Below are positions 46,327-57,343 of a DNA stretch of 62,871 nucleotides, piece by piece (position 1 is the stretch's first letter; each line of letters opens with the position of its first letter). A program made the translations under genes and the position numbers. Source of the stretch: Sandaracinaceae bacterium (GTDB lineage Bacteria > Myxococcota_A > Polyangia > Polyangiales > Sandaracinaceae). The notes beneath the pieces are model-generated. The model was given only the letters and a program-made list of their open reading frames with translations. It had not been told where the DNA came from and searched no databases. The stretch spans positions 1-62,871 of the forward strand of contig JBGAQA010000036.1 of the NCBI GenBank assembly GCA_044220955.1. The letters run 5' to 3'.

Positions 46327-48449
46327 GCAAGTCGAAGTCGGCACGACCCAGCAGCGGTTCGACGTCGGGACGCCCGAGCGCGTCGTCGTTGACCGACGCC
46401 GTGGTCGCCGCGCTCGCCGAGGTGGAGAAGTCCCAGAGCGACGCGCGCGTACCGGCCGAGGCGAAGTCGGACGCCAAGCCGACGGCTCCCGCCTCGGCGC
46501 CGCCCGCCGCGCCTGCGGGAGCGGGCGCCGAGAAGAAGCGCGAGGACACGGCGCCCTTCGAGCGCGAGGCCCCGAAGGCGAAGGCCCCGGACCCCGAGGT
46601 CACATTCAGCGAGGACAAGACCCTCGACGACGGAGGCTTGCCGCCCGGGGCCGCGGTGGCCGTCGTGACCACGGAGCGCGTGGGCGACGCGCGTTCGCCC
46701 GCCGCTCCGACGGCGAAGGAAGCGGCGCCGACGGAGCCGCCCCCGGCGGCAGCAGAGGACGCGACCGTGGCGGACGCGACCGCGGCGGATGCCAAGCCTT
46801 CCGAGCCCAAGCCGGCCGAGCCGAAGCCGGCCGAGCCCAAGCCGGCCGAGCCGACCGCCGGCCAGAGCACGGCCGAGGAGAACGAGAAGACGACCGCCAA
46901 GCACGCGCTCGTCGGCGCGGGGCCCGAGCAGACGAAGCCCACGCCGCCCGGCATCGCGGTGGACTACTTCGGCCGGACCGACGTGGGGCTCGTCCGCGAG
47001 CACAACGAGGACAACTTCCTGGTCGTCGACCTCGCGCAGCAGAAGCGCGGCATCGGCGCGTCGATCTTGCATACGAAGATCGAGGGCGCGGGGACCCTCT
47101 TCGCGGTCTGCGACGGCATGGGCGGCGCTGCGGCCGGCGAGGTCGCCAGCCAGATGGCCGTCGACACGATCCACGAGATGATGCAGAACGGCGGCGCGCC
47201 GCGCGACCGCGATCACTTCGCACGCCGGCTGGTCCGCTCCATCGAGGAGGCCGGCTCACGAATCTTCGCCGCCGCGAAGATGGATCGCTCGCGGCGCGGC
47301 ATGGGCACCACGTCCACCGTCGCCGGTCTCATCGACAAGACGCTCTTCGTCGGCCAGGTCGGCGACAGCCGCGCGTACGTGCTCCGGCACCTCCCGGACG
47401 GCAGCGACCAGTTCTCGCTCATCACGAAGGACCAGTCGCTGGTCAACCAGCTGATCGAGGCCGGGCAGCTCACCGAGGAAGAGGCCGAGGCCTTCGAGCA
47501 CTCCAACATCATCCTGCAGGCGCTCGGCACGACCGAGGAAGTCACGGTCGATCTCACCTTCCTCGAGCTGCGCCGAGGTGACCGCCTGCTCATGTGCTCG
47601 GACGGCCTCAGCGGCCTCGTTCACGGCGACATGATCAAGGAGGTCGTGAAGACGTCGCGCGACCTGATCGAGTGCGCCAACCAGCTCATCGCGATGGCGA
47701 ACGCCGGCGGCGGCCACGACAACATCACGGTCGTGCTGGCGGAGTTCGACGGCGAAGACCTCAAGGTCGCCTCGCCCGACGACAAGGTCGCGTACATGCA
47801 GTACCCGCTGCCGCCCGAGGATCCCAAGGATCCGGATCCGGCACCGCGCGCCACGACCATCAAGAGCGGTGGGCCCAAGCCCGGTAGCGACGTGAAGCAC
47901 GACGGCGCCACGACGGCGGCGGCGCAGCCGAGCGACCCTGGCGGCAACCGCGCGCTGCTCATCGGCGTGCTCCTGGTCGTGATCGTGCTCGTCGGGATCG
48001 CCGTCCTGCTCTTCTCGGGGGGCGAGGCCCAGTCGAGCGCGCCCGAGTCGCGCACGACGACGTTGACGCACGGCACGGGGACGCACCCCCGCGTGGTGGC
48101 GACGAACCTGCACGTGCTCTCGAACCTCCCGGACGCGACGCTCTACGTCGACGGGGTGTCGCGCGGCGCGCTGAGCGACGACATGCACGTGACCGTCGAC
48201 CCGGGCGATCACCACGTGGAGGCGCGGCGCGAAGGTGAGGTTCTCGCGAGCGCGGACGTCACGCTGACGTCGGGTGGGACCGTGGTGTCCCTCGTCGCGG
48301 CGGAGCCACCCCTGCCGGCGACGGACCTCGCGCCGATGCCGCCCTCCGATCTCGCGCCGCCCTCGGCTCCGGATCCCTCCGGCGCGATCCCCACGGGCGC
48401 CGACCTCCCCGAGGGCGAGCCGCCGCCGGTCGGCGCGCCGGCGCCCTGA
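46323..48449 (+). CDS. PP2C-family Ser/Thr phosphatase with long disordered N-terminus, TM helix and PEGA-like domain
   Basis: TDVGLVREHNED, VCDGMGG, MGTT, VGDSRAY, CSDGL, GGHDNITV; EPKPA repeats at 46801-46853. Confidence 0.92.
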   Translation: MSKSKSARPSSGSTSGRPSASSLTDAVVAALAEVEKSQSDARVPAEAKSDAKPTAPASAPPAAPAGAGAEKKREDTAPFEREAPKAKAPDPEVTFSEDKTLDDGGLPPGAAVAVVTTERVGDARSPAAPTAKEAAPTEPPPAAAEDATVADATAADAKPSEPKPAEPKPAEPKPAEPTAGQSTAEENEKTTAKHALVGAGPEQTKPTPPGIAVDYFGRTDVGLVREHNEDNFLVVDLAQQKRGIGASILHTKIEGAGTLFAVCDGMGGAAAGEVASQMAVDTIHEMMQNGGAPRDRDHFARRLVRSIEEAGSRIFAAAKMDRSRRGMGTTSTVAGLIDKTLFVGQVGDSRAYVLRHLPDGSDQFSLITKDQSLVNQLIEAGQLTEEEAEAFEHSNIILQALGTTEEVTVDLTFLELRRGDRLLMCSDGLSGLVHGDMIKEVVKTSRDLIECANQLIAMANAGGGHDNITVVLAEFDGEDLKVASPDDKVAYMQYPLPPEDPKDPDPAPRATTIKSGGPKPGSDVKHDGATTAAAQPSDPGGNRALLIGVLLVVIVLVGIAVLLFSGGEAQSSAPESRTTTLTHGTGTHPRVVATNLHVLSNLPDATLYVDGVSRGALSDDMHVTVDPGDHHVEARREGEVLASADVTLTSGGTVVSLVAAEPPLPATDLAPMPPSDLAPPSAPDPSGAIPTGADLPEGEPPPVGAPAP

Positions 48450-48459
48450 GGCCGCCGTC

Positions 48460-49176
48460 GTGATCCGGCTGACGCAGACGTTCGGGGCTCACGCGGGCCG
48501 CGTGCGCGAGTTCGACCAGGAGGTCGTCCGCTGCGGCCGCCTGCCGACGAACGACCTCGCGTTCGACCCGCACGCCGATCTCGACGCGTCGGGGAACCAC
48601 GCGGAGATCCGCCGGGAGGGTCAGCGCTGGGTGCTGGTGGACGCCGGCAGTCGCAACGGGACGCTCGTCAACGGGCGGCCGATCCAGCGGCACTCGCTCG
48701 AGAACAACGACGAGATCGAGTTCGGCACCGGCGGCCCGCGCGTGAAGGTCGAGATCGTGCAGGGCGCGATCCCCGCGGGCGCGATCCGCGGCGCGCAGCC
48801 GACGGCGCCCGCCACGCCCATCGGTCCGGCGATCGACATGGCGCCGCCCACGGCCGCAGGCGTGGATCCGCCGCCGCCGGTGTGGACGGGTGGCGGGAAT
48901 TCGCCGGCGCCCCAGGGCAGGACGCCGGCGCCGAAGCAGTACGGACAGCGCACGCTCGACATGGCCGTGGAGTCCGCCGAGACGCGCGGCCGGGCCCAGG
49001 GCGCGGCGAGCGCCGCCGGCCTCGCGGGCGGAGGCCAGGCGGAGATCGCGCGCCTCACCGAGACCAACAAGCAGACGCGCACGATGATGTTCGCGCTCGG
49101 CGCGATGGTCGTGCTCCTGCTCGGCCTCTGCTGCCTGCTCGGCGCGGCGCTCGCGTACGTGGCTTTCCGCCACTGA
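48460..49176 (+). CDS. FHA domain protein with C-terminal TM anchor
   Basis: CGR...DASGNHAEI...DAGSRNGTLVNG; hydrophobic C-terminus. Confidence 0.88.
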   Translation: MIRLTQTFGAHAGRVREFDQEVVRCGRLPTNDLAFDPHADLDASGNHAEIRREGQRWVLVDAGSRNGTLVNGRPIQRHSLENNDEIEFGTGGPRVKVEIVQGAIPAGAIRGAQPTAPATPIGPAIDMAPPTAAGVDPPPPVWTGGGNSPAPQGRTPAPKQYGQRTLDMAVESAETRGRAQGAASAAGLAGGGQAEIARLTETNKQTRTMMFALGAMVVLLLGLCCLLGAALAYVAFRH

Positions 49177-49227
49177 TGTGACTCCACATCTCGACGTCGC
49201 CCACTTCTCTCAGGACGTTCTCGGCTC

Positions 49228-49271
49228 GGCTCCCTCTCCCTGCGTCGCGCGCGTCGCGGGGAGAGGGAGCC
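49228..49271. repeat. REP-like palindrome or bidirectional terminator between convergent genes
   Basis: GGCTCCCTCTCCCTGCG ... CGCGGGGAGAGGGAGCC, a 17-bp stem with one G-T pair. Confidence 0.7.
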
Positions 49272-49292
49272 CGGAGCGAGAGCGCCGCGCGC

Positions 49293-51509
<2,217 letters not shown>

Positions 51510-51596
51510 GGCCCGGCGTTGTACCCCATGCGGGGTCGCGAAGCCCCGGCCGAGCGGCCGGAAAACCATGGGCAAGCCGTGCTACACCTTCCACCG

Positions 51597-52496
51597 ATGG
51601 CGCGCGCCACGCGGGAGACGGCCGAGGACGCCGAGGCACGCCCCGGCGCCGCTCCGGCGGGTGCCCGGCGCCCCGTTGGCGCGCCGGCCGCAGGCGACGC
51701 GGAGATCGCGGGCGATCACGGCTCGAAGCGCGCGGCAAGCCCCGAAGACAGGGCGGAATTGAATGGAGATGCGCCTCCGGCGTCCAACTCCCACGATGAG
51801 GACCCACCTCGCGCGGACCACGACGCAGCGGCTGACCCGGGCCTCGGAGACGAGCGTCCGGTGCCCGTGCGTCACCGCGCGACGCCCGAGGAGCGGGAGG
51901 CCGATCGCCTCCTCGTCGAGCGCGCGAAGGGGGGCGACCACGGCGCGTTTCGCGTCCTGTTCGACAAGTACCACAAGCGCGCCTTCTCGGTGGCGTACGG
52001 CGTGCTCAAGAACCGCCACGACGCGCTCGACGTCGTGCAAGAGGGGTTCGTCAAGGTGCACAAGCACCTCGACAGCTTCGAGGGCACTTCCAGCTTCTAC
52101 ACCTGGCTCTATCGGATCGTCATGAACCTCGCCATCGACAGCCTCCGGCGCCGCAAGACGAGCCGCCCCGTCGAGTACGACGACGCGATCCGACGCGACT
52201 CGGACGGCGTCAGCGAGGAAGCGATCCTGGCGCGCATGCTCGACTCGAACCCGCGCAAGGCGGCGATCCGGCGCGAGCTGATCGCCAAGATCGACGGCGC
52301 CCTCTCCGAGCTGCCCGACTATCACCGCGAGGTGATCTTGCTTCGCGAGGTCGACGGCATGTCCTACGAGGAGATGGCCGAGGTCCTCGGGGTCCCCAAG
52401 GGAACGATCATGAGCCGCCTCTTCCACGCACGGAAGAAGATGCAGGCCGCGCTGGCCGACTACGTCGACGGCGACATGGACATCGAAGAGGAATGA
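51597..52496 (+). CDS. ECF sigma-70 factor with N-terminal extension
   Basis: DALDVVQEGF, SFYTWLYRIVMNLAIDSLRR, LREVDGMSYEEMAEVLGVPKGTIMSRLFHAR. Confidence 0.93.
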   Translation: MARATRETAEDAEARPGAAPAGARRPVGAPAAGDAEIAGDHGSKRAASPEDRAELNGDAPPASNSHDEDPPRADHDAAADPGLGDERPVPVRHRATPEEREADRLLVERAKGGDHGAFRVLFDKYHKRAFSVAYGVLKNRHDALDVVQEGFVKVHKHLDSFEGTSSFYTWLYRIVMNLAIDSLRRRKTSRPVEYDDAIRRDSDGVSEEAILARMLDSNPRKAAIRRELIAKIDGALSELPDYHREVILLREVDGMSYEEMAEVLGVPKGTIMSRLFHARKKMQAALADYVDGDMDIEEE

Positions 52497-53239
52497 AGGC
52501 ACCCACCATGAGCACGGAGAACGACGGCCCGGCTCCGCCGGGCGCTCCCGAGAGCGTCGAGCGCCGGCTCCACCGGCTCTACGACGACGACCTGTCGGCA
52601 CAGGAGCGCGAGGCCCTCGAGAGGGAGCTCGCGGCGAGCCCGGAGCTCGGCCTCAAGCTCGAGGGGCTGCGCGAGGTCGGGGCCGTGGTGCGCGCGGCGC
52701 GCACGGACGAGGCGCCCATCGACGGCGAGGCGCTCTGGCGGGCGATCGAGGCCGAGCTCGTGGCCGGGGGGACGAGCACATCCGCGAGCGAGGTCGAGAG
52801 CGAGGGCGCGCGCCGGCCGCGGCCCGTGCTGCGGGCGATCGAGGGCGGCGCCCCCCCGTCCCGCGCGCCGGTCGAGGAGCCGAGCACGCGACGGCGCCGC
52901 CAGATCGGCATCTTCGTCGGCGCGCTCGCGATCGCCGCCGCGGCGCTGCTGATGTTCTACGGCCAGCCCCCGGACCCCACGCAGGTCGCGGACCGGACGC
53001 CGGTCGAGACCACCGCCCCGAGCGCGCCGACCGCCGACGATCCGACGGCCGACGACGCGGTCGCCGCGCTCGCCCCCGACTACACCGAGGTGCTCGCCGT
53101 CGACTTCGGCACCAACGTCGGCACCATCTTCGCGGTGGAAGGCGAGGGCGGTCAGCGCTACGCCGTCGTCTGGCTGGACGACGTCCTGAAGGACGAGGGC
53201 GAGGCCCCCGTCGTGCCCTCCCCCGAGGCCCCGAACTGA
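52493..53239 (+). CDS. Putative anti-sigma factor
   Basis: ATGA overlap with the sigma gene; LHRLYDDDLS..ER..LE pattern lacking the ZAS Cys/His; single TM. Confidence 0.75.
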   Translation: MKAPTMSTENDGPAPPGAPESVERRLHRLYDDDLSAQEREALERELAASPELGLKLEGLREVGAVVRAARTDEAPIDGEALWRAIEAELVAGGTSTSASEVESEGARRPRPVLRAIEGGAPPSRAPVEEPSTRRRRQIGIFVGALAIAAAALLMFYGQPPDPTQVADRTPVETTAPSAPTADDPTADDAVAALAPDYTEVLAVDFGTNVGTIFAVEGEGGQRYAVVWLDDVLKDEGEAPVVPSPEAPN

Positions 53240-53249
53240 GCGTGACGAC

Positions 53250-53864
53250 GTGATGCGACGAGCTGGAGCGAGGACGAGCGCGCGCGCGGTGGCGGTGGCC
53301 GCCCTGGCGCTCCTCGCCTCCTCGGGCCTCGCGTCTCGCGCGGCGGCCCAGCCGCCCCCGACGGCCACGTCCACGAGCACGACGCCGAGCGCTCCCCCGC
53401 CGACCGCGACGGTCACGGTCCCGGCGCAGGTGGTCGTGATCCTCGCGCGCGAGGTCGCGGGCGTGATCGATCCGCGTCTCTCGGGCATGAGCGCGCTGCG
53501 GGAGGCGCCGTTCAGCGCGTTCCACTCCATGGACATCTGGAGCGAGCACGCGCTCACCCTGACGCAGGGGGTGCCCGTCACGGTGGACCTGCCGAACGGC
53601 CGGGTCATCCAGCTCGTGCTCGAGGAGATCACGGCGGACGGACGCAACCACGTGCGGGTGTCGATCAACCGACGCGAGCAGTCGGACTACCTTCCGGTGC
53701 TCGAGGTCGCGGCGCCCTCGGGCGACCCGTTCTTCGTGGCCGGACAGAACTTCATGGGCGGGATGCTCGTGATCGGCGTCAGCCTCGGCCGGCGCCCGCC
53801 GGCGGTCGGCCCCTCGTCCACGCGCACGCCCCTGCCGCCGCCCACGTCGATGCGCCGCCAGTGA
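53250..53864 (+). CDS. Exported hypothetical protein
   Basis: Signal peptide ending AAA-Q; operonic with the ECF pair. Confidence 0.7.
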   Translation: MMRRAGARTSARAVAVAALALLASSGLASRAAAQPPPTATSTSTTPSAPPPTATVTVPAQVVVILAREVAGVIDPRLSGMSALREAPFSAFHSMDIWSEHALTLTQGVPVTVDLPNGRVIQLVLEEITADGRNHVRVSINRREQSDYLPVLEVAAPSGDPFFVAGQNFMGGMLVIGVSLGRRPPAVGPSSTRTPLPPPTSMRRQ

Positions 53865-53901
53865 GGGCCCGCGCCCGCTGCGGGCGTGCTAATCGGGGGT
53901 C

Positions 53902-54594
53902 GTGAAGCGGACGCTCCCGGAGGTCGAAGAAGCAGGGCCGCTGCCGCCTCTGCCCTTCCCTGCGCGGCGGATCGTCGAGGCGCTGGCGCCGCTCGTCACG
54001 GAGGCGCGCCTCGCGCGGATCGACGCGGTGATCGCGCGACGCACGCGCTCGCTCGTGCCGGTGCTCGAGGGGCTGAGCGATCCGCACAACGGCGCGGCCA
54101 TCCTGCGCTCGGCCGACGCGTTCGGCTGCCACGAGGTGCACCTCGTCGACGGGCGCTTCCCCTTCGCCGTCTCGCACCGCGTCTCGCGCGGCACGCACCG
54201 CTGGCTCGAACTCGTGCGCCACGCGCGCGCCGAGGAGTGCGCGAAGGCGCTCCACGCACGCGGATACAGGATCTTCGTCGCCTCGATGGAGGGCGCGCTC
54301 GTCCCCGAAGACCTCGCGAAGGAGCCGAGGGCGGCGATCGTCCTCGGCAACGAGCACGCGGGCCCGAGCGAGGCGATGCGCGCCGCCGCGGACGGCACCT
54401 ACCGCATCCCGATGGTCGGCTTCGTCGAGAGCCTCAACGTCTCGGTCGCGAGCGCGATCACGCTCTACGTCGCCTCGCGCGGGCGACACGGCGATCTCGA
54501 CGCGCCGGCCAGAGACGAGATCCGCGCGAGGTTCCTCCTCGGCCAGGTGAAGGACGCCGAGGACATCGTGCGCCGCGCGATCACCGCCGGCTGA
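53902..54594 (+). CDS. TrmH/SpoU family RNA 2'-O-methyltransferase
   Basis: DPHNGAAILRSADAFG, VLGNEHAG, IPMVGFVESLNVSVA. Confidence 0.93.
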   Translation: MKRTLPEVEEAGPLPPLPFPARRIVEALAPLVTEARLARIDAVIARRTRSLVPVLEGLSDPHNGAAILRSADAFGCHEVHLVDGRFPFAVSHRVSRGTHRWLELVRHARAEECAKALHARGYRIFVASMEGALVPEDLAKEPRAAIVLGNEHAGPSEAMRAAADGTYRIPMVGFVESLNVSVASAITLYVASRGRHGDLDAPARDEIRARFLLGQVKDAEDIVRRAITAG

Positions 54595-54633
54595 GCACGC
54601 TCGCGCCCGCGGCGCGCGTGCTCCCGTTCGATC

Positions 54634-54834
54634 GTGGAATTCGACGCGCTCGACGAGCGAGAGAAGGCCTGGGTCGTCGAGAACGAGCGGCTCTGGGCCC
54701 GTGCGCACGCGATCGTGGCCCGCCACCCGCACCTCGACGTGAGCCTCGTCTACCACACGCTCGTCAACTGGCGGCGGACCCCGGAGGAGCGGCTCGCGCG
54801 CGGGCTCGCTCGGCACGTTGCCTCCGCTCGCTGA
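54634..54834 (+). CDS. Small protein, putative antitoxin
   Basis: 66 aa with TPEERL motif; overlaps the downstream NTase gene. Confidence 0.55.
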   Translation: MEFDALDEREKAWVVENERLWARAHAIVARHPHLDVSLVYHTLVNWRRTPEERLARGLARHVASAR

Positions 54835-55249
54835 CGCCGAGATCGCGTTCCTGCGCGAGCTCGATTCGCGTGGCGTCCGCTTCGTCTTGATCGGCATGGG
54901 GGCGGCGGTGCTGCAGGGGGCGACCGCGATGACGCAGGACCTCGACCTCTGGTTCGAGAGCCTCTCGGACCCGCGCATCTCGGAGGCGGCACGCGCCGCC
55001 GGCGGGCTCTACGTGTCCGGCTCGTTCGGCATGCAGCCACCCACGATCGGCGGCGGGCTCGGCGACCGCTTCGACGTCGAGACGCACGCGCACGGGCTCG
55101 GTCCCTTCGCCACCGAGTGGGAGAGCACGATCGCCGCTCGAATCCAGGGCGTGCCCGTTCGCCTGCTCGGCCTCGACCGGATCCTCGCCAGCAAGCGCGC
55201 GGCGAGGCTCGAGGCCGCCATCGCGGTCCGGGACGACGCGAAGGGCTGA
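54818..55249 (+). CDS. Nucleotidyltransferase (MenT/AbiEii-like), apparently lacking the R-x-KD motif
   Basis: FVLIGMGAAVLQG..MTQDLDLW; C-terminus ILASKRAA|RLEAAIAV. Confidence 0.7.
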   Translation: MPPLADAEIAFLRELDSRGVRFVLIGMGAAVLQGATAMTQDLDLWFESLSDPRISEAARAAGGLYVSGSFGMQPPTIGGGLGDRFDVETHAHGLGPFATEWESTIAARIQGVPVRLLGLDRILASKRAARLEAAIAVRDDAKG

Positions 55250-55268
55250 CGCCGAGGGCCTGGATGGC

Positions 55269-56342
55269 CTAGGCCGGGACGGCGTCGACGACGTCCTGGC
55301 GGGTCACGTCGAGGCGCTGCGTGCGGCTCTTGAGGAAGGCGACGATCTCGTCCTTGCTGCGCGGAGTGTCGCGCATGTCGACGAACTTCTCGGCGAGGCC
55401 CTCGTAGTTCTTCGTCATCAGGTGCAGCCACACGCCGAGGAAGTCGATGTCCTTGAAGACGACGGCGTCGGCGGCCGCGTACTTCTCGGCGTTGTCGCGC
55501 AGCTCGGCCGGGTGCTCCGTCCAGTGGCGCGTCGCCGAGAGGTGGTGCGAGATGTGGTAGCCGTCGTTGAAGCAGCGCTGGTTGTAGCGGTGGTTGATGC
55601 AGGTGATCGCGCTCTTGTAGCTCGAGCCCGGATCCTTCTGGTCCACGAACGCGTGCTGGCCCCAGTTGCCCGCCATCATCACGAAGCGGCAGACGAGGAA
55701 GGGCGCCAGGAACACGGTCGTGGTCGGGCCCGGCGCGAAGGCCATGCCCGCCGCGACCACCGTGTAGAACGACATCTCGCCGGCGATCATCCAGAGCACC
55801 AGGCGCGGGCGGTTCTTGCGGGCCTCGTAAGCGCCGAGCTTGAAGATCGTCAGGAAGAAGAAGTCGGCCCAGTAGCGCGCGAAGTCGATCACGCTGTCCC
55901 GCTGGTACTTCATCGTGGAGGACAGATCCTTCACGAGGTTGCCCTCGGCGTGGTGCATCGTGATGTGGTGGATGTAGTAGGTCTCCGGCGTCTCGCCGGC
56001 GAAGGGACCGAGCACCCACGGGATGTAGAACTTCATGAAGCCGTACTCCCGCTTGAAGAGCGGGCGGTGGCTCGTGCAGTGCAGCATCAGGATGTAGCGG
56101 TCGGCGAAGAACCCGTAGAGCACCGCCCAGTAGACCGGCGCGAGCCACCAGCGGAAGACCCCGGGGACGAAGAGCGCGGCGGCGAACGGGATCAGCACGA
56201 AGGTCATCCCGAGCGAGAGCCACACGAAGGGCAGGTCGCGCTCGTCGCGGATGAAGCGAAGGAACCATCGCTCGAGCGCGCCGCGCGGCGAGCTGGGCGG
56301 AGTGAACTCGGGGTCGGTCTGAGCGATCGGCACGCGCGCCAT
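55269..56342 (-). CDS. Membrane fatty acid desaturase family protein
   Basis: His boxes HCTSH, HHITMHH, YHISHH. Confidence 0.88.
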   Translation of the reverse strand: MARVPIAQTDPEFTPPSSPRGALERWFLRFIRDERDLPFVWLSLGMTFVLIPFAAALFVPGVFRWWLAPVYWAVLYGFFADRYILMLHCTSHRPLFKREYGFMKFYIPWVLGPFAGETPETYYIHHITMHHAEGNLVKDLSSTMKYQRDSVIDFARYWADFFFLTIFKLGAYEARKNRPRLVLWMIAGEMSFYTVVAAGMAFAPGPTTTVFLAPFLVCRFVMMAGNWGQHAFVDQKDPGSSYKSAITCINHRYNQRCFNDGYHISHHLSATRHWTEHPAELRDNAEKYAAADAVVFKDIDFLGVWLHLMTKNYEGLAEKFVDMRDTPRSKDEIVAFLKSRTQRLDVTRQDVVDAVPA

Positions 56343-56500
56343 CGAGAGCCCTCCGGGGCCGAAAAACGCGGGAACCATGCGCCGCGCGTCCTGGGGCGGC
56401 AACGTGGGTGCGTTGGGAACCTCAATCGGTGCGCAGCGCGCTACGCAGCGCGCGCGGTGCCGGGCGTGACTCGACGCCCGGGCGCCGGTACGCTTCGTTC

Positions 56501-56749
56501 GTGTCGGTCGCGAAGCTTCCCGGCTGGGTGGTGGACGACGTGACGTCGGTGCGGGAAGAGGTCGCACCGTACGTGAACGCGCCGGTCGAGAAGCTGTGGC
56601 GCGACACGCAGGACTGTGCCCGCGCAGCGATGTGGGCTGCGCGCGCGAGCGGGATGGAGGCGCGGGTGCTCGCGTTCGAGGATCCGCTCCCCGCCAGCAC
56701 GGTCGCGGCGCTCGCTCGCCTCCGGGACGAGCTGCGCGCACGCCGATGA
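56501..56749 (+). CDS. Small protein, putative antitoxin
   Basis: 82 aa; TACGCT 6 nt upstream of the GTG; ATGA overlap with the NTase gene. Confidence 0.6.
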   Translation: MSVAKLPGWVVDDVTSVREEVAPYVNAPVEKLWRDTQDCARAAMWAARASGMEARVLAFEDPLPASTVAALARLRDELRARR

Positions 56750-57333
56750 GCGCGCGATGGGATCCGTCCGAGGCTGGACGCGCCATCGCCGACGCGCTCC
56801 GGGTGGCCGGAATTCCCCACGCGCTCGGCGGCGCGCTCGCACTCGGCGTCGCCGGCGTCCCCCGCGGTACGAAGGACGTGGACGTCAACGTCTTCTCGGG
56901 GCTCGACGAGCTCCCGCGGGTGATCACCGCGCTCACCGGAGTCGGCATCGCGATCGACCCGCCGACCGCGCTCGCTCGCGCCGAGCGCGACGGGATGTTC
57001 GTCGGCAGCTGGGACGGGATGCGGATCGACGTGTTCGTCCCGAGCATCGCGTTCTCGAGCGAGGCGAACCGCACGGCGATCGAGATCGAGGTCGACGGCT
57101 GGAGGGGGCGCTTCCTCTCCGCGGAGGCGATCGCGGTCTTCAAGCTCCTGTTCTTCCGCGGGAAGGATCTCGTCGATCTCGAGCGGCTCGTCGCGGTCCG
57201 CGGCGACCGGCTCGACACCGCCTACGTGCGTCGCTGGATGGTGGAGATGATGGGCGAGCACGACGTGCGCGTCGCGCGATGGGACGACATCGTCGCGCGC
57301 TTCGGAGCGAGGGCGGGAGGAGCGCCGAGCTGA
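56746..57333 (+). CDS. MenT1/AbiEii-like nucleotidyltransferase
   Basis: ALGGALAL...PRGTKDVDV, RIDVF, FKLLFFRGKDLVDLERL; 195 aa. Confidence 0.8.
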   Translation: MSARWDPSEAGRAIADALRVAGIPHALGGALALGVAGVPRGTKDVDVNVFSGLDELPRVITALTGVGIAIDPPTALARAERDGMFVGSWDGMRIDVFVPSIAFSSEANRTAIEIEVDGWRGRFLSAEAIAVFKLLFFRGKDLVDLERLVAVRGDRLDTAYVRRWMVEMMGEHDVRVARWDDIVARFGARAGGAPS

Positions 57334-57343
57334 CGAGCGCGGA

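Noticed and set aside
45548..46853. Coding tandem repeats as contingency loci
   Set aside because: Unit lengths of 12 and 15 nt keep the frame; ordinary Pro/Ala linkers
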